Shown in pieces: positions 1 through 13,779 of a stretch of DNA of 64,000 nucleotides. This stretch comes from Lama glama (taxonomy: Eukaryota). Under the pieces are notes generated by a model. It was not told the origin of the DNA, searched no databases, and worked only from the letters and a program-made list of their open reading frames with translations. The stretch lies in contig CM052816.1 of NCBI GenBank assembly GCA_028534125.1, positions 33,234,001 through 33,298,000 of the forward strand, given 5' to 3'. Each line of letters opens with the position of its first letter. The first letter of the stretch is position 1. The translations under genes and the position numbers were made by a program.

Positions 1-729
1 ACCTAATTACTTCCCCTCAAAAAAAAAAAAGAGTCTAAAAGTTCATTTTGCCCCTAATTGTTCAATTTGAGTCACATAAACATGTAATTTAGGAGACTCT
101 AACTTCAGTTTCATAAATATTCAAAGTGTGAGAAATCATAAGTCATTAAAAAACAGGCTTTCTGGTCTACAGTGGGCAATTTTTGGGGGGAGCAAATGCA
201 TTTGCCTTTCATCATTGCTTGAGTTTATTTGATCTAAAGTGAAGAACAAAACAAATAACTAAATTGGCAAACAAACTCATAGTTAAACTAAAAGGGGAAG
301 AGTTTATTAATCTAAGGGATTTCAGCAAATTTCAGAAAGAAACTAAGGAGATGGGGAGAAGCTGAGCAGTGTGATGGATGATGAGCATGAGAAATGGGGC
401 TGCAAATGGTGGGGCTACCTTACTTTTCCCAGCATGGGACAGGGAGGCAGTGTTCAAGGTTGATACGTCAGGACACTGACACAGTGGTTATAAGCACATT
501 ATGGAAAAAAGTCATCAAGAGACTGAAAAGCACAAAATGGGCTTCAGCATGGGCTTGGGGGCAGGCAAGAGACTTGTGTTTTGTCATGTGCTTTTTTGTA
601 GCATTTTATTGTTGTTTTTTTTTTGCCATGTGCATGAAGTGTCTTGATAAAAGTAATGACAATCAAGTGAGTCATTAATTTAACCTGAGATATGACAGAC
701 AAAAGATTAGTATTTAAATACATAACAAA

Positions 730-1690
730 TTCCTACGCTGTAATACGTAAAAGATAACAACCCAATTGAAAAATAGGCAAATGATGTGAACAAAATATGA
801 ACAAAAAAGAAAACCTGAATGGCTGATAAAGATGTGGAAAGATTCTCAACCTCGATAAACATAGTGAAATGCAAATTAAAACAAACAATGGGATACCATT
901 TGAATACGTATAGGCTTGGCAAAACTGTTAGTCTGTCAGTACCAAAATGTTAACAAAGAAGCAGAAACTTTCATGTGGTGTTGGTGGAAGAAAAACTGGC
1001 ACCACTTCTTTAGAAAGAATTTTGGCCACACCAAAAAAAATGCACACCCTTCAACCAGAAATTTAACTTTTAGTTATATATGTTAAAGAAACTTAAGCAG
1101 GGACACAAGAAGACATGCACAGTATTTGTAACAGCAAAGATTAGGGAAAGGCTTAATGATAATATTAATAATCATGCTAGTAAGAATAACTAAGATGCAC
1201 TGGATGCTTACTGTGTGCTGGGGCTTGAGCTAGCAGATATGTAAACTGAGGTATCATTAGCTAATGAAATACTACAGAACAGAGTTTTCAGAAGAAATAC
1301 ATTTACAACACATCATAATTAATAAATCCCAAAAACAGCAGTGAGTAAAAAACCTCAAGTTGAAGCATAACATGAATGATAGGAAAGCACTCATCTGAAG
1401 TTTAAAAATATACAAAAATCACTATCAATTATATATGAATTTACACATAGGCAAACAATAAAAACAAAGTCAGGAGGCATAAGCATCAGCTGTAAAGTGG
1501 TGAGTGAAGGAGAGGGGGAACAGGATTAGGGAAGGGTATAAAGGAGTTTAAATGCATATATAATGTTATATTAAAAAATCATAGGCAAATACGACACAAT
1601 GTTAACATTTTTCAGTGTGGGTAGTGGATACATGTGTCTTTACTACACAATTTGTAATTTTCACTATTTAAAAATCTGTCTTGATAAAAA
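730..1690 (+). mobile_element. Old L1 (L1M-type) ORF2 end and 3'UTR remnant
   Basis: aacccaattgaaaaataggcaa...gaaatgcaaattaaaacaaacaatgggataccatt, typical of the L1 ORF2 C-terminus; heavily diverged. Confidence 0.75.
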
Positions 1691-2349
1691 AAAATTCTAA
1701 CGTATGAAAAGCCAACTTAAAACAAATCTGGTCTGAGGCCACGGCTGGAGGGTATAAAACTTGTAAAGTGAACGATGTCATTTTTATCAGTAAGCACTAA
1801 CAGGACTTGTGTCTCGGAGTCAATCAAATTAGAGGATCCAAAATGACACTATTCATCCTTTCAGGCTATAGAGCATCAGGTTATTGTCCTGGTATGATTT
1901 TTTGAAAGGAGAGTTACTCATCGTTAAATGGTCTAATCTCTCAATACCATTTTTCAAACATCCCTTGAGAAACATCTACTACCTGTTAGCACCACCAGCC
2001 GTGTCTGAGCTGCCCACACTTCAGCTCCTTTTCTGGAAAGCAGAACCTCATCCCCCACCTCTGTGGTCTCGCCTTCTTTTCTGCAAAGGCATTCATACTG
2101 CACAGTCCCAGAGACACACGGCTTTCCTTCTCTTCAGCGCTCAGTACTGACGGCTGCCTTTTCCTCGAAACTCCTTCCTTCAGCCTGTGCAACAGCCTTG
2201 TCTTCTAGCTTCCCCATCTACACAGCTGCTCCTTCAGAGGTCTTGTCCTTACATATGTTAGCCAAGGTCATGTCCTTTCTCTCTGTTTTTTCACTTTACA
2301 GACTGCCTACAGCTGATCCAGTCTAAATGTATGGCCTTATGTGTTACTA

Positions 2350-3515
2350 AGAACACTGACTTCCATATCTCCCTCTCCAGTTAGGGAGCAATCCATTCCG
2401 ACCATGTAGCTACACTTAAGTGTCACACATTCATCTTATACTCAAAGTCCTAAACTGAATTAATCAGCTTGTACCCTTTTATGAGTTTACTCCTCTTATC
2501 TACTTACATTACACCATTGGTCACTCACAACAGGAGTCTAGACACTTTCTAAGTTGCTTCCTTCTCGTGTATCCCCCCCACCCCTATGCCATCAGTCACC
2601 AAAACTAGAGATTCTGTTGTTCTAAATGGTTCTCACATCCATCCCATCCTGATCACCCTTATCACCCTCATCACTTTCCATTTGAATTACTACAACATTC
2701 TCTCCCTTTCCAAATGGCAGACGACAAATTACTTTTCCCTGCTTAAAATCCTTTACTTGTCCCCCCGCTCCCCCGGCTTGCAGCGTCTTAGCCGTGTTTC
2801 TCACATCATAGCCAAAGCCCGGAAGAATCTGGCTGGGGCCTCTCTCTCTCCAGCCCCACTCTCCTGCTGAAGCAGCCAACCTGCACCCCAGCCCACTGAA
2901 TTTCTTCTAGTTTCCATAAGAAGCACTGTTGTTTTACATGCCCATACCTTGCACATATTTGTCCCTCTGCTTGGAAAATCCTTCCTTTACCTTTCTCCAA
3001 ATGCCAGCCCATGCTTCACAATTCACTTGAATAGCATCTCCTTCATAAATCTTTCCCAAATATCTCAGGGAGCCTGTGCTCTAATTCAATGCCGCTTCTC
3101 TGTGTTATGAGGTGCCTGAGCTTGCTTTGATTACTTACCCCACTCTACCTCGATAATTGAGTTATTTTCCTCTCTTCTACTAGACCAGAGGTTGGGAACC
3201 AAAACCTACACCCAGTTCCAGACCATGGCCTGTTTTGTTAAATCAAGTTGATTGGAACCGGGCATACTCATTTGTCTGTGTGCTATCCATGGCTACTTTC
3301 TCGTGACAACAGCTGAGTTGAATAGTTGTGACAGAGATTCTATGGCCCATAAAACCAAAAATCTTCATGGCCTTTTATTTATTAAAAAAGTTTGCAAATT
3401 TCTGCACTAGACTGTAAATTCTTGGAGGACAGGGCTCACTTTTTGTTCATCTTTGAATCCCTAACACCTGGCATATAATAGCTGCTCAATAAACGAATAA
3501 GCGGGTAAATAAAAT
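2350..3515 (+). mobile_element. L2 3' portion, interrupted by MER58A
   Basis: L2 motifs (ttgcacatatttgtccctctgcttggaa; ctagactgtaaattcttggaggacaggg...gctcaataaa). Confidence 0.75.
3186..3404 (+). mobile_element. MER58A-like hAT-Charlie MITE
   Basis: CAG...CTG termini, internal match (gctgagttgaatagttgtgacagaga...aaaaagtttgc), 8-bp TSD tactagac (3178-3185) / cactagac (3405-3412). Confidence 0.85.
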
Positions 3516-4029
3516 GTTAGACTTTAGGTAAAACGGGGGGAAAGAGAAGTAAATGAGAACCTTCAAGCTCATTTTTCCTTTGCTTTTTGCACACCTCAAT
3601 TTGCAATCACAAATTAAAACAAAACAAGTTGATATCATTAGGTTTCAAAATATCTTTTAGTACGTATGATGGGCTCTGCACCCGTGAAGCCAGCAATCTA
3701 AACTTTCTACGCTAGTGGTACTTAACTCTGGCAGCATATCATGATCACCTGGGGTGATTAAAACATGCTGCTGCTCATGCCACATGGCGGACACACTAAA
3801 TCAGGATGGGGAGGGGGCGGCAGCCACAATGTTTGATAGAAGGCTTCCCACATGGTTCAGAGGAGAACTTCTACACCAACAGTCTGAAGGGATGAGAGCT
3901 CTGAAGCAACTCAAAAATCTTAATGGAAAATCAACCAACCAAAGAAACACACTAGATTTTGATAAGTTATGTACTTGTAAGATGAAAAGAAATAGATATT
4001 TTAGAAAAGTTTGAAACCAAAAGGATTTA

Positions 4030-4170
4030 AACTCCATGAGGATGGAGCATTTTGTCTATTTTGTTCACTATTATATTCCCAGCACCAGAAACAGTACCTG
4101 TTTGATGTTGTTATCAGTATCAGTACTGCTAACAGGTGATCAGTAAACAAATGATGAATGTATGAGTAAG
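4030..4170 (+). mobile_element. L2 3' end fragment
   Basis: ccatgagg...ttttgtctattttgttcact...cccagcaccagaaacagtacctg. Confidence 0.6.
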
Positions 4171-4989
4171 TTTTTCATTTGCTTTCAATCAGCCAGAAGC
4201 TCCTGATTTGAAATATTCCAGTGAATTGAAATTTTAAACACAAAGAAGGCAAACTGGAAAATAGAGTCTTCAGTTAATGAACACACAACATTTTTTAGGG
4301 GCATAAATATTACATTCTACAATTTAAAAGAATGTTTTGATTTTTAAAAAGGGAAATCAAAAAGTCCCAGCTATGGATAAATGCAGCCTAGCCCCTTTGA
4401 AAAATGTACTTTTAAAAAGGTTAGCTGTAGTCTGTAAACTCATGGGATGAGAACATGAAAAGTCATGAAGGAAAGAAAAAAGTAATTGGTGACATTACCT
4501 GAACAAACAAAATGCCATATGATCTGCATTCTAAAGAATTAACTGAAATCATAGTGGCCCCTCCCACTATGATCTTAAAGCCCTCACCACAACAGCCCAG
4601 GAATAACCTCTGAGACTGGCTCAAGGTTGAGTCCATGCATTGATGATCTCTGTCTTCCTGGTTCCTCCCTTTTTCTCATAAAACATACGACTAGCAATGA
4701 TAAAGCTGTTGGCCTAATTTTTATATCTGAAAAGGTGCTTTTAGCTGAGGTTACCAACTTGAAAAAGATACAGAAAAATGGAATGACAAAAGTCAAGATT
4801 GAAAGAAGAAACACTCTGTCATCTAATTTGTATGATATTTTCTTTTTGAAATTTCACACCTAATGTAATATTTGAGATATAAGCTCTTTGCAAAACCACT
4901 TTCCACCAATTTCCCACTACCAACTTTCTTAATACTGTCTACATTGAAATCTCTTTTTACTCTTGTGAATTACTATTTATAATCTGGAG

Positions 4990-5173
4990 TTGCACTGTTC
5001 AGTACTACACACAGGTGGATATTTAAGTTTTTGTTGAAATTAAAATTAAATACAATTAAAAATTCATTTCCTCAGTTGTGCTAGCTCCATAGCCACATGT
5101 GGCTAGTGGCTACCACACTGCACAGGACAATCAACACTTCCACCATCACAGAGAGTCCTATTGGATAGCACTG
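4990..5173 (-). mobile_element. MER3-like hAT-Charlie MITE
   Basis: tagccacatgtggctagtggctacc palindromic core; ends ...ctattggatagcactg. Confidence 0.8.
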
Positions 5174-6029
5174 GGAAAATAAAATAAAGGACAATATCCT
5201 CAAAAAGCTTCAGGCAACAGTGTCAGTCAAGCATGGAAATTGTCACAAATGTCAGTTATTATTTCTAGGCAAAGAAGGCATCACAAGACTGGGTATAGAA
5301 AAAGTCTGAATATAGAAAAGCCATAATGTCATAAATCTGCTAGTTTTCTTTGCAGCTGATTTTCAACTTCTGGATTCACTCTTATTCATAAGACACACAC
5401 AAAAATGCCCCCTTTTTGATTAAGGAAATCTGATCAGATTCAAATTCATGTCCAATACCTCACCCACTGACTGATGGAAAAAACTGGTTGAAAGATTTAC
5501 CAGACGTTAGAGGGCAGGTGGAGGGATGTGTATGTTCCCCAGAGGAGGCACTAGCTTTGTCTTCTTAGGTTTGAGTTACTGCAATATTAATTCTTTCTGA
5601 TGTTTAGCCTGCACTTTTTGAGAGTTCACTGAAATAATGAATAGCCAGGATTAGTCAATGACACGGTAGTTTCCCCCTTTCCAGATGAAACGTCAAGAGT
5701 GAAGAAAAGCCAGTATTCAAGAAGAAAGCATCTGCAAGCAAGTAAAATACCACTTTTCCAGTATTTTTAAAAAGCTCTTCTTATTCTATAATTCTTTTAC
5801 ATGTGATTCCTAATATTCTTACTCCTCTTTCTTTTGCCAACCTCTCAATTTGGCTTTTCCTATGGATATTCCAGTGGGAGAAAATATTTTAATGTGTTTG
5901 CCCCTTGGATTACTTTTTTAATCAGTAAATTAACATTCTTTATTAAGCAAGATTCCACCTCTCTTCACAGTGATTTCTAAAAACTTCTGAAAAGCAGCCT
6001 CTGCCATTTCTGGGGAAAAACACTCATTC

Positions 6030-6305
6030 AGAGCACCTGTTTCAGGGGCTGTGCTAAGTGTTCTGGAAATATTATTTCATTTAAGCCTCATAATAACTTT
6101 AAGAATTCTTATCTCTATTATATGGACTATCAGTTCCTTGTAAAAGGGAGCCCATCCCAAGTTCCTGGCCCCATACTTGGGTCCATCACAGGTACTTCAG
6201 CAAGTGGTGGATGAGTGAATGAACAGAGGGCACCTCTTTTATAACCTCAGTGACAGACACAGAACCTTGCAGTAAGCACTCAGTAAATCCTTACTAACTG
6301 AATGT
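6030..6305. mobile_element. MIR fragment followed by L2 3' end fragments
   Basis: gctgtgctaagtg...tcatttaagcctcataataac (MIR, minus); gagtgaatgaa tail (L2). Confidence 0.5.
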
Positions 6306-9229
6306 AATAACAATAATGTTATCAATGCTTAAGCAATTCTTACTATGTACATGTTCCTGAAAAAACCCACTAAGGCTAAGATCCAAAAACTACATAAGGC
6401 AGTCAAGCCTGAAAGATACAGAAAGAGAGGATACACAGAAAAGGCTAATGGATATACATTTGGTGGCAATAAGAGAATTTGGGAAGTGTGCCACTTTTTA
6501 AAACTGTGTTTCTAAGTGTATTTTAACATTTCGAGAATAGTCATCCTTTCAGTTCATTTTAGATCACACTTCCATGGGAAAATTACAGCACACACATAGC
6601 ATGATTATTATACAGAGACAACTGCACCCCAATTTTTTCATCAAGGCAAAAAGATTCCTATTACAACATGTACTTAACATATAAAAGACTCACAACCTGC
6701 AGTGAATGAAAAACTTATAATTATATTGATTTTTCCATTGTAGAAGAGGAGTACTTAAATGAGGTAATGGGAGATGAAGCAAAAGTTGTCATCTAATGCT
6801 CTTAAATTGAATCACCAAGGCTAACACATTTCTAGGCTAAACTAGGCTCCAAACATGCCCTTGACCCCTGGCCCTTCAAATGGAAATGACCCAGCCATAG
6901 AGCCTGCCACCAGGAGCCTGAGCACAGCCACCCCGGGGCCTCCCACCAACCCCTGTCCTTTCCAGTCTGCTGTCCCTCGGTCTCATTCTCTACCTCATCT
7001 CACACCCCTCTCGGCCCTTCTTGCTTCCCCAGTCACTGGGCCCTGGATTTCTGGCCTCCTGCCCTCCATCACCCTGCTCACACCCAGGTAAGTGTGAGCT
7101 TGCAGCATCCACACCCAGAACAGGACATGTTTTCAGTATTTATTCTGCTTCTGTGAGTCTTATTTTGACCCAGATAGAAATCCAAACCTCCTTCTGAGGC
7201 TGACACTGTGATGCTTGCAAATTTCTCCAAATTTTATATTTCTATATTCTCCAACAGCACTTAAAAACATTCAGTACAAGAGAACTTTCTCTCAGTGTAA
7301 AGAAATTATATTAAAATTCTCCTAAATATCTTCCAAAGTACTTTACTTTTGGAAAATGGCACTGAAGGAAAAATAGTATGTGAGGAAATGCTCTTTATGT
7401 TTTTTCTTTGAAGGGTGAAAAAAAATTGCAAGGTTCTTTTCACAAGTAACTTTCTTATTCCACTCACTCTCTCAGATTCTAATTAAAATATCATAACATG
7501 AAAAGCTGACAAGGCCTTGTGGTCTGGTCACAGGAAGGAGGAGCGAAAGACTTAATCCCAGTATATGCAGCGGCCTGAGGCGAGAAACTGTGTCATTATG
7601 CCTCGTTTCCTCAGGTACTACATGGGGCTATCACACTTGCCACACTAAGAAAACAAGCCAAGGCAATGACTTTGAGAGCACTGCTTCTGCTTTACGAGCT
7701 AGAGAGCCAATAAAACGTGAAAATTTTTCTAGATTATTTTAGAAAATCTAATCTGACATAGATTGAAGATTTTGAAGAAGAAAATAAAATGAGTTTTCAG
7801 GAAAAAAAGATCTGCAAAGGAAATTCAAAAATACTAGCTCAATTTTTAAAATTAGGGTCAGCTCTGTCAAGTCGGTTTAAAAGTTTCTGAACACATAGTT
7901 CCAGTTCCTGTGCTTACCTTGCCGCCATCAGATAAGGAAAGCACCAATTTGTGGGCCACTCTTGGAGCACTTCTGTTCTCGAGATCATGAATGTGGCTAA
8001 AGCAATTCCTGACTCCACAGATGAGAGACCAGCGTGGGATGAATGGTACCAAGGGCAGCAATGGGCCACCCTTTGCAGCTCACCATCTTTGTTTACCTGG
8101 ACATATCATTCCCAGGAAAGTAAGTACAAAGGGTGATAGCATTTAAGTCTGTGTTCAGTCTTAATGAACACCGGATTGGGGAAATAACCCATAGAAATGC
8201 CATCATAGTTTTATAGTTTATAAATATATTTAAATTAAAAAATATAAATATATAATATGTAAACATAAACTATATTTCTGTAAATAGATAAACATATTTT
8301 AAATTAAGATAAATTTGAAGCTAAATTCTTCAAAAAAATCTCTCAACTAACCACAACAGCATCTATTGAAGTGAGCACTGTGAGCTGAATGCTTTCCATA
8401 ATTGAACAGAAAGAGTATTATATATTTTAGAAGTTTGGAATACAAACTGTAGCACAGATTATAAAGTAGGAAGCACAGGGAGAAAGATCTTAGATGTAGA
8501 AATCAAAGGGAGCTCGCTCTGGTTTGTGCCTGAACCTGTCATGTTACGAAGTAGCTTAGGGAAAGGTGGTAAAGTTCCAACAGGGGCCATAAAAAGCTGT
8601 TTGGATAAGAAAGAGAAGAGGAAATGAAGGTGAGGAACAAGAGTAGGGAAGGGAGCAGCAGAGGGAGAGGGCTTCGGCTCCCGCCAGCAGCCCTCAGCTC
8701 CCCCCCCGCCCCCCACCACCCCCAGGAGAGCTGGCGGAGAGCCAGACCCAGGAGTGAGTGTGACCTGGGGTTAGCAGAGTGTGGCCCAGTGGTGAAGTGA
8801 TAACCATAAGACATCACCAACACTCGCTTTAAGGGTCAAAACTTGTTTGTTTCCCTATTTGAGAGAGGGAAGATTCCTTCCTATGTTGATTTTCAAATGA
8901 AGAAAAATAGACTAACCCATCTCATGCTTCTTCATTACCTGAACTCTGAAAGGCTCGGAAACATCAGCACCTCCCTTAACTCCCTCGCCTATGGGGAAAC
9001 TCACACAAAAGTAAGCCTATTTCCTATTGAGGCTTAAGCAACGACCTCAAGTGGTTGGAAAAGAATACAGCTTCCAGCTTCCAGTGTTGAAAAGTGAGTC
9101 CTGATCACAGATAGAATGGCACCAATGTAACACAAGTGAACCCAGAGGCTAAGGGCTGTGACTCGGTTCAGAAAAAAAATACCCTTCAGTGACAAAGGCC
9201 AGACCTAGGATTTACAAGCACACACCACT

Positions 9230-9830
9230 CTCATACTCTGCTGGGTGCTGGGAGGAGTATAACTTGTACAACGTCTACTGTACTTAGGCAGTATTTGTCA
9301 AAATAAAAAAAATGCACATACTGTGTGATCCAGCAGTTCCATTTCTAGGAATGTATCCCACAGGTACGCTGATGTGTGCAAAATGATGGATGTCCAGCTA
9401 TTCAATGCAGTCCTGTTTGCAGTATTAGCAAAAGATTGGAAATCATCTAAATATCCAACAGTGAGGATCTGGTAAATAAATTATGGTTCATCCATACAAT
9501 GCAATGAAAGCTCAACAACCCTTAAGAAGAATGAGGCATAATGATGGCACAATTTCCAAAACAGGCGAAGTTCAAAAAAGGCAGGTGCAGAGCAGTGTTT
9601 AAGTTATATGACCATATGTACAAAAGCAGAAGTTGAATGTGTCCTTACGCACTTGATGTACACAGATTATCTCTGGAACGATACCTAAGGAACTCTTACC
9701 AGGGACTGCCGCTGGAGAGAGGGGACTTCATCTGGAGGACAGGGATAGGAAAGAAATTTACTTTGCCTTCCACAATTTGGGCATGTTGTGAATTTTGATT
9801 CATGTGTACATATAAGGTATTTTTTAAAAA
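9230..9830 (+). mobile_element. Old L1 (L1ME-like) 3' end
   Basis: gatccagcagttccatttctaggaat...gcaaaagattggaaatcatctaaatatcca...aaattatggttcatccatacaatg. Confidence 0.75.
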
Positions 9831-11769
9831 GCTACATATCGGATCTACAGAATCCTGTTATCTAAAGAGCAGTGGTAGAGAAAAGTGAGCCAGGAGCTTA
9901 GCTTTGTCATCCGGTATCTCGCCAAGAGGAAAACCAGATGCCTCCAAACCGTGTAACAGTTTACAGGTTATTCTGGTTATTATCCTGTCAAGATTTTTTA
10001 GTAGCTTGCAATTCACACTTGGCCTTGACAATAGTTCACTTCTATTATCCAAAACTCATTAGTTAATCTTTAGTAGGTGACATATAATAAAGACATCACT
10101 ATGTAAGATGTTGAAACAGTATTTAATTACCCAGTAGTTGGAGAGAACTTGAATTCATTTCACTCTCCAAACTTTATAAAGATAGAAAAGTGTTCAGAAT
10201 CTACCAGGCAAGTTGATTAAGGGGGAAAAGAGTCATACAATATATACTGTGGTTTTTGCAAAACAAAAAAATTAATAGACAATATTATTTCAAGTATCTA
10301 GTGTATGTCTGCATGACTATATTTTCCTTTTGAACATTACTGTAGGATTTTCAGTGAAGGGTGTCATTTTTCTTCTGAAGATTAAGAAAATCAAGATGCT
10401 CTCCATGGTCCATCCCACTTCTAAAGAATTATGTTTCAAAAGCTAGACAACTCAAGGGCAAATTACTCCAAACCCAAGTATAAATGAAAAGTTCACAGGT
10501 TCATCTTCAAAATCGCAACCAAGAAAAAAACATTTACACTTGTTCAAAGCCATACTTCTTGCCTGCCCTATCTAATGTACGATTTGTTCATCCTGAAGAA
10601 TTATAGTGACATTAAACACAATTACTTTCTAAGTTAATTACAGACACATTGTGTTCCCTGAAATTCACCTCTTAGAATCTAGCTCTACGCTGTTTTATTT
10701 CCTTCCAGCTGAAGGAAAGGATTTGCCAGCTAAAACTGTCTTGTGTGTGGATATTTGCTTTTAGCCAAAAAAATCAAGGCAGTCACAAATTCATTTAAAA
10801 CATGGAGTAACAATTCTAGTTCCACTGGAGAATCTTTTAAAATTACCCAAACCAGACACATTCTGTTGGGAAAAAAACTCTTACCTATGTAAATATAATG
10901 TGGATTCTCCTTAAGCTGAAACTGTTGTGTTCCTCTGCCCTCTCCTCTGAACCAGCAATAAAAAGAATTCTCTACAATCTCGCTTGTAGTCTACATCTGT
11001 GGCCACTAGTGAAAGCATAATTAAATCACACCTTTTTCAAGTCAGCCTAAATACAGCTGGTTATTCATTCAGAACAGTTTGAAAATTAATTTTCACTCAC
11101 AGAAAAACAAATAAGAAACACATTAAGAGGTAAAGATTACTTTTAAGTTTAAGGCCAGCATTTTACATAGAGACCCGAGTGTCACTGCTCTCCCACCAGC
11201 AGGTTCCAGCAGGTGGCCTGCAGGCAGAGAACCTCAGTGAGGTCTGTGTGGGTCCAACAGAGGAGCTTCCAAAGATGGGGGCAAGTTCCATCAGCAGGTC
11301 TGCCCTAAAGGTTCCACACCTGAGCCTTGCTTGTCTGGTGTAGGGGAGGAAAGAACAAGTGTGTCTTAACAGATGATGTGCCTGGCGAAGTGTTAGAAAT
11401 TTTACAGCTATTGCTTGTCTTAATTAATTCTCAGAACAACACTGCAAAATTAAGTATTATTATTACCAGAAAATTCAAGCAACCAATCCAAAACCAAATA
11501 GCTGCAGAATTAGTTTTTAATCCAGATATGTCTGGCTCTTTAAATCTATGTTCATTCCACTGTAGTACAACAAGCAACGGCACCTGCACATCAGTCTGAG
11601 CAGCAAAGATGAGTAAACACCATTTATACACTTAGTGAAAACAGATGCAGCCCCTACATATAAATACGGACGTCCTGGGCAACAGAAGAAATACTTAAAA
11701 TAATAAATTATCCAAGAGAAAAAAGCAGAATACAAAATTGTATCTACAATGATCATAATTCCAGAATAA

Positions 11770-12410
11770 GTTAATATAATTAGTGTGTACCGAGCACACA
11801 CTTTGTGCTCAGCACTTGACATAATCCTCATAATAAACATGCAAAGAGGAAGCTACTATCTTCTTTCTGAAATTCAGGAGATGAGTAAGGATCACGCAGG
11901 CTGAGTAACTTGTTGGCTGTAAAGCAGCCGAGCTGTCCAAAAACTACCTGATCTCAAAGGACCCACAGGACATGTTCAAAAATAAAACAGTTTAAGGAGA
12001 AGCTGGGTGGTAATATGGCAGTGGGCAGAGTGGAAAGCATTCTTCAGGCTCAGAGATAGGCTGAAATCCCACCTTGGCTATTTTCTAAGTACATGACTTA
12101 GTCACTGAACCTCTATCAGCCCCTACGGCCTCATCTGCAAAAACGGGGGCCGTTTCCCACCTGGGATAATGTCTGAGAAAGTGGGGAGCCCAGTGTCTCC
12201 CCTACAGCAGGGTCCTTCCATCAATCTGTTCCGCAGTGTTCTTTTACTCACTTGGCCAAGCAAAGCCTGCAGGCTAAAGAACACGAAAGTTGCCGTCTCT
12301 GTGTTCCTCTGGTCAGAAGGCCTCAGTTTACAGACTAGGAATCTGAGGCTGGGAGGCTAAATTAGCGGCCAGCTCGTGGCAGAGCTGGGACTAGAATGTA
12401 GGTCTCTGAG
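11770..12410. mobile_element. Cluster of MIR fragments in both orientations
   Basis: MIR core-like motifs (gtcactgaacctct...cctcatctgcaaaa; ttacagactaggaatctgaggct). Confidence 0.55.
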
Positions 12411-12444
12411 AGTGAAGCAAATGTTCCGTACAACGTCCACAGGC

Positions 12445-12614
12445 CTGAGGGCCTCAAACCGTGGTCCGCAAGCCGGCAGTGTCAGTACCACCCAGGGACT
12501 GGTTAGACACGTGAATTATCAGACCCAAAACCAGATCTACAAAATTAGAAGCTGTTGGGGTGCTTCACCAAGTTCCCCAGGGGATTCTGATGAGAGCTAA
12601 AGTTTGAGAACCGT
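12445..12614 (+). mobile_element. MER5A-like hAT-Charlie MITE
   Basis: ctcaaaccgtggtcc...ggattctgatgagagctaaagtttgagaacc. Confidence 0.7.
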
Positions 12615-13779
12615 TCATCTAGGCAAACTGTGAAGGTGGTTTATCACGAATGTCGGTTATTTGGGGGGTGCTCTGAGGGGCAGAGGCTTTCAAACCGCTC
12701 CTCAGACCTGAAGGCAGCACAGGAGACAGATGGGAGTGTGCCTCCCCGTCCCCAGCCTGCGCGTCTGTTTTATATATGAGCCTACAGATGAAGACTTTTT
12801 TTGAATGAACGTTTTCACAACTTGAAGAAAAATTCGAAGCTCAGTGTTAAGGAGCTTCCAGATTTGAAGGAGTTCAGGATCTGGATCAATCTGAGTGTCT
12901 GCTACGGAGTAATCAAACCAATTCATCAGCCAGGGAGTCCTTTGACGGGGCTTCAGGCAGGAGGACAGAGAGGCCCCAGCGTGAAACGCGGACTGGGATC
13001 CCACTGCACAACCCTTCTGCACTTGGGAATTAAAAACGTGCTTTTGTGCTTGTCTGGTATGTGGCAAACTAGAAAAGATATTTCTACATGTGCGCTCTCA
13101 CCTTCATTTCCAAACCTTCTTAAGATAAATTGAAATCTTGTCATAAAGGCCTTATTCTTGGGAACAATGAAAATGCACTTCCAGATTCTATCAATAACAC
13201 TTAAATATTCGAGTATTCCATCTTAATCATTAGGATAATTCTTACCAATGGAAATTTAGTAAGTTTAAAGAAATATAAGAATCCTGTGCTCCTCCCTCAC
13301 TTCTTCCCCACTCCAATCCTCACGACAATGCACACATTAGATGGTGAGAACAGAGACATTGAGGAGGTCTCAGTCCCCTCCCGCACACGGAGACCAGAGG
13401 TTCACACGTGGCAGACCCTTAATAAATGCCACCTGAAGAAATGACTTTAACGTAGTCAACAGTTTTACTTGGTGCTATGAATTCCACATGAAATCTTCTT
13501 TCCATTTTATTATTTTGTGATAATAAATAAAGCATATGCTAATGATAAAATTTGTTTTGATATAGGAAATAATAAAAGCAAAGAAAATTTACCTGTATAT
13601 TAGGTAGTACATAATGATTGTATGTCCTATTATAAATGTGTACATCCTTATAGATACTGCTCCAGGTACAACTATGGAGAGATAGACATATAGAGCAGGA
13701 TTTATTTGTTTCAATCTGTCTACGTAATGGTATTTAGTTCTCAAATTATGTATCTCTGTATCTGACTCTCCATATCATT

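Noticed and set aside
8210..8320. Very AT-rich stretch
   Set aside because: Low-complexity sequence with no definable unit or function.
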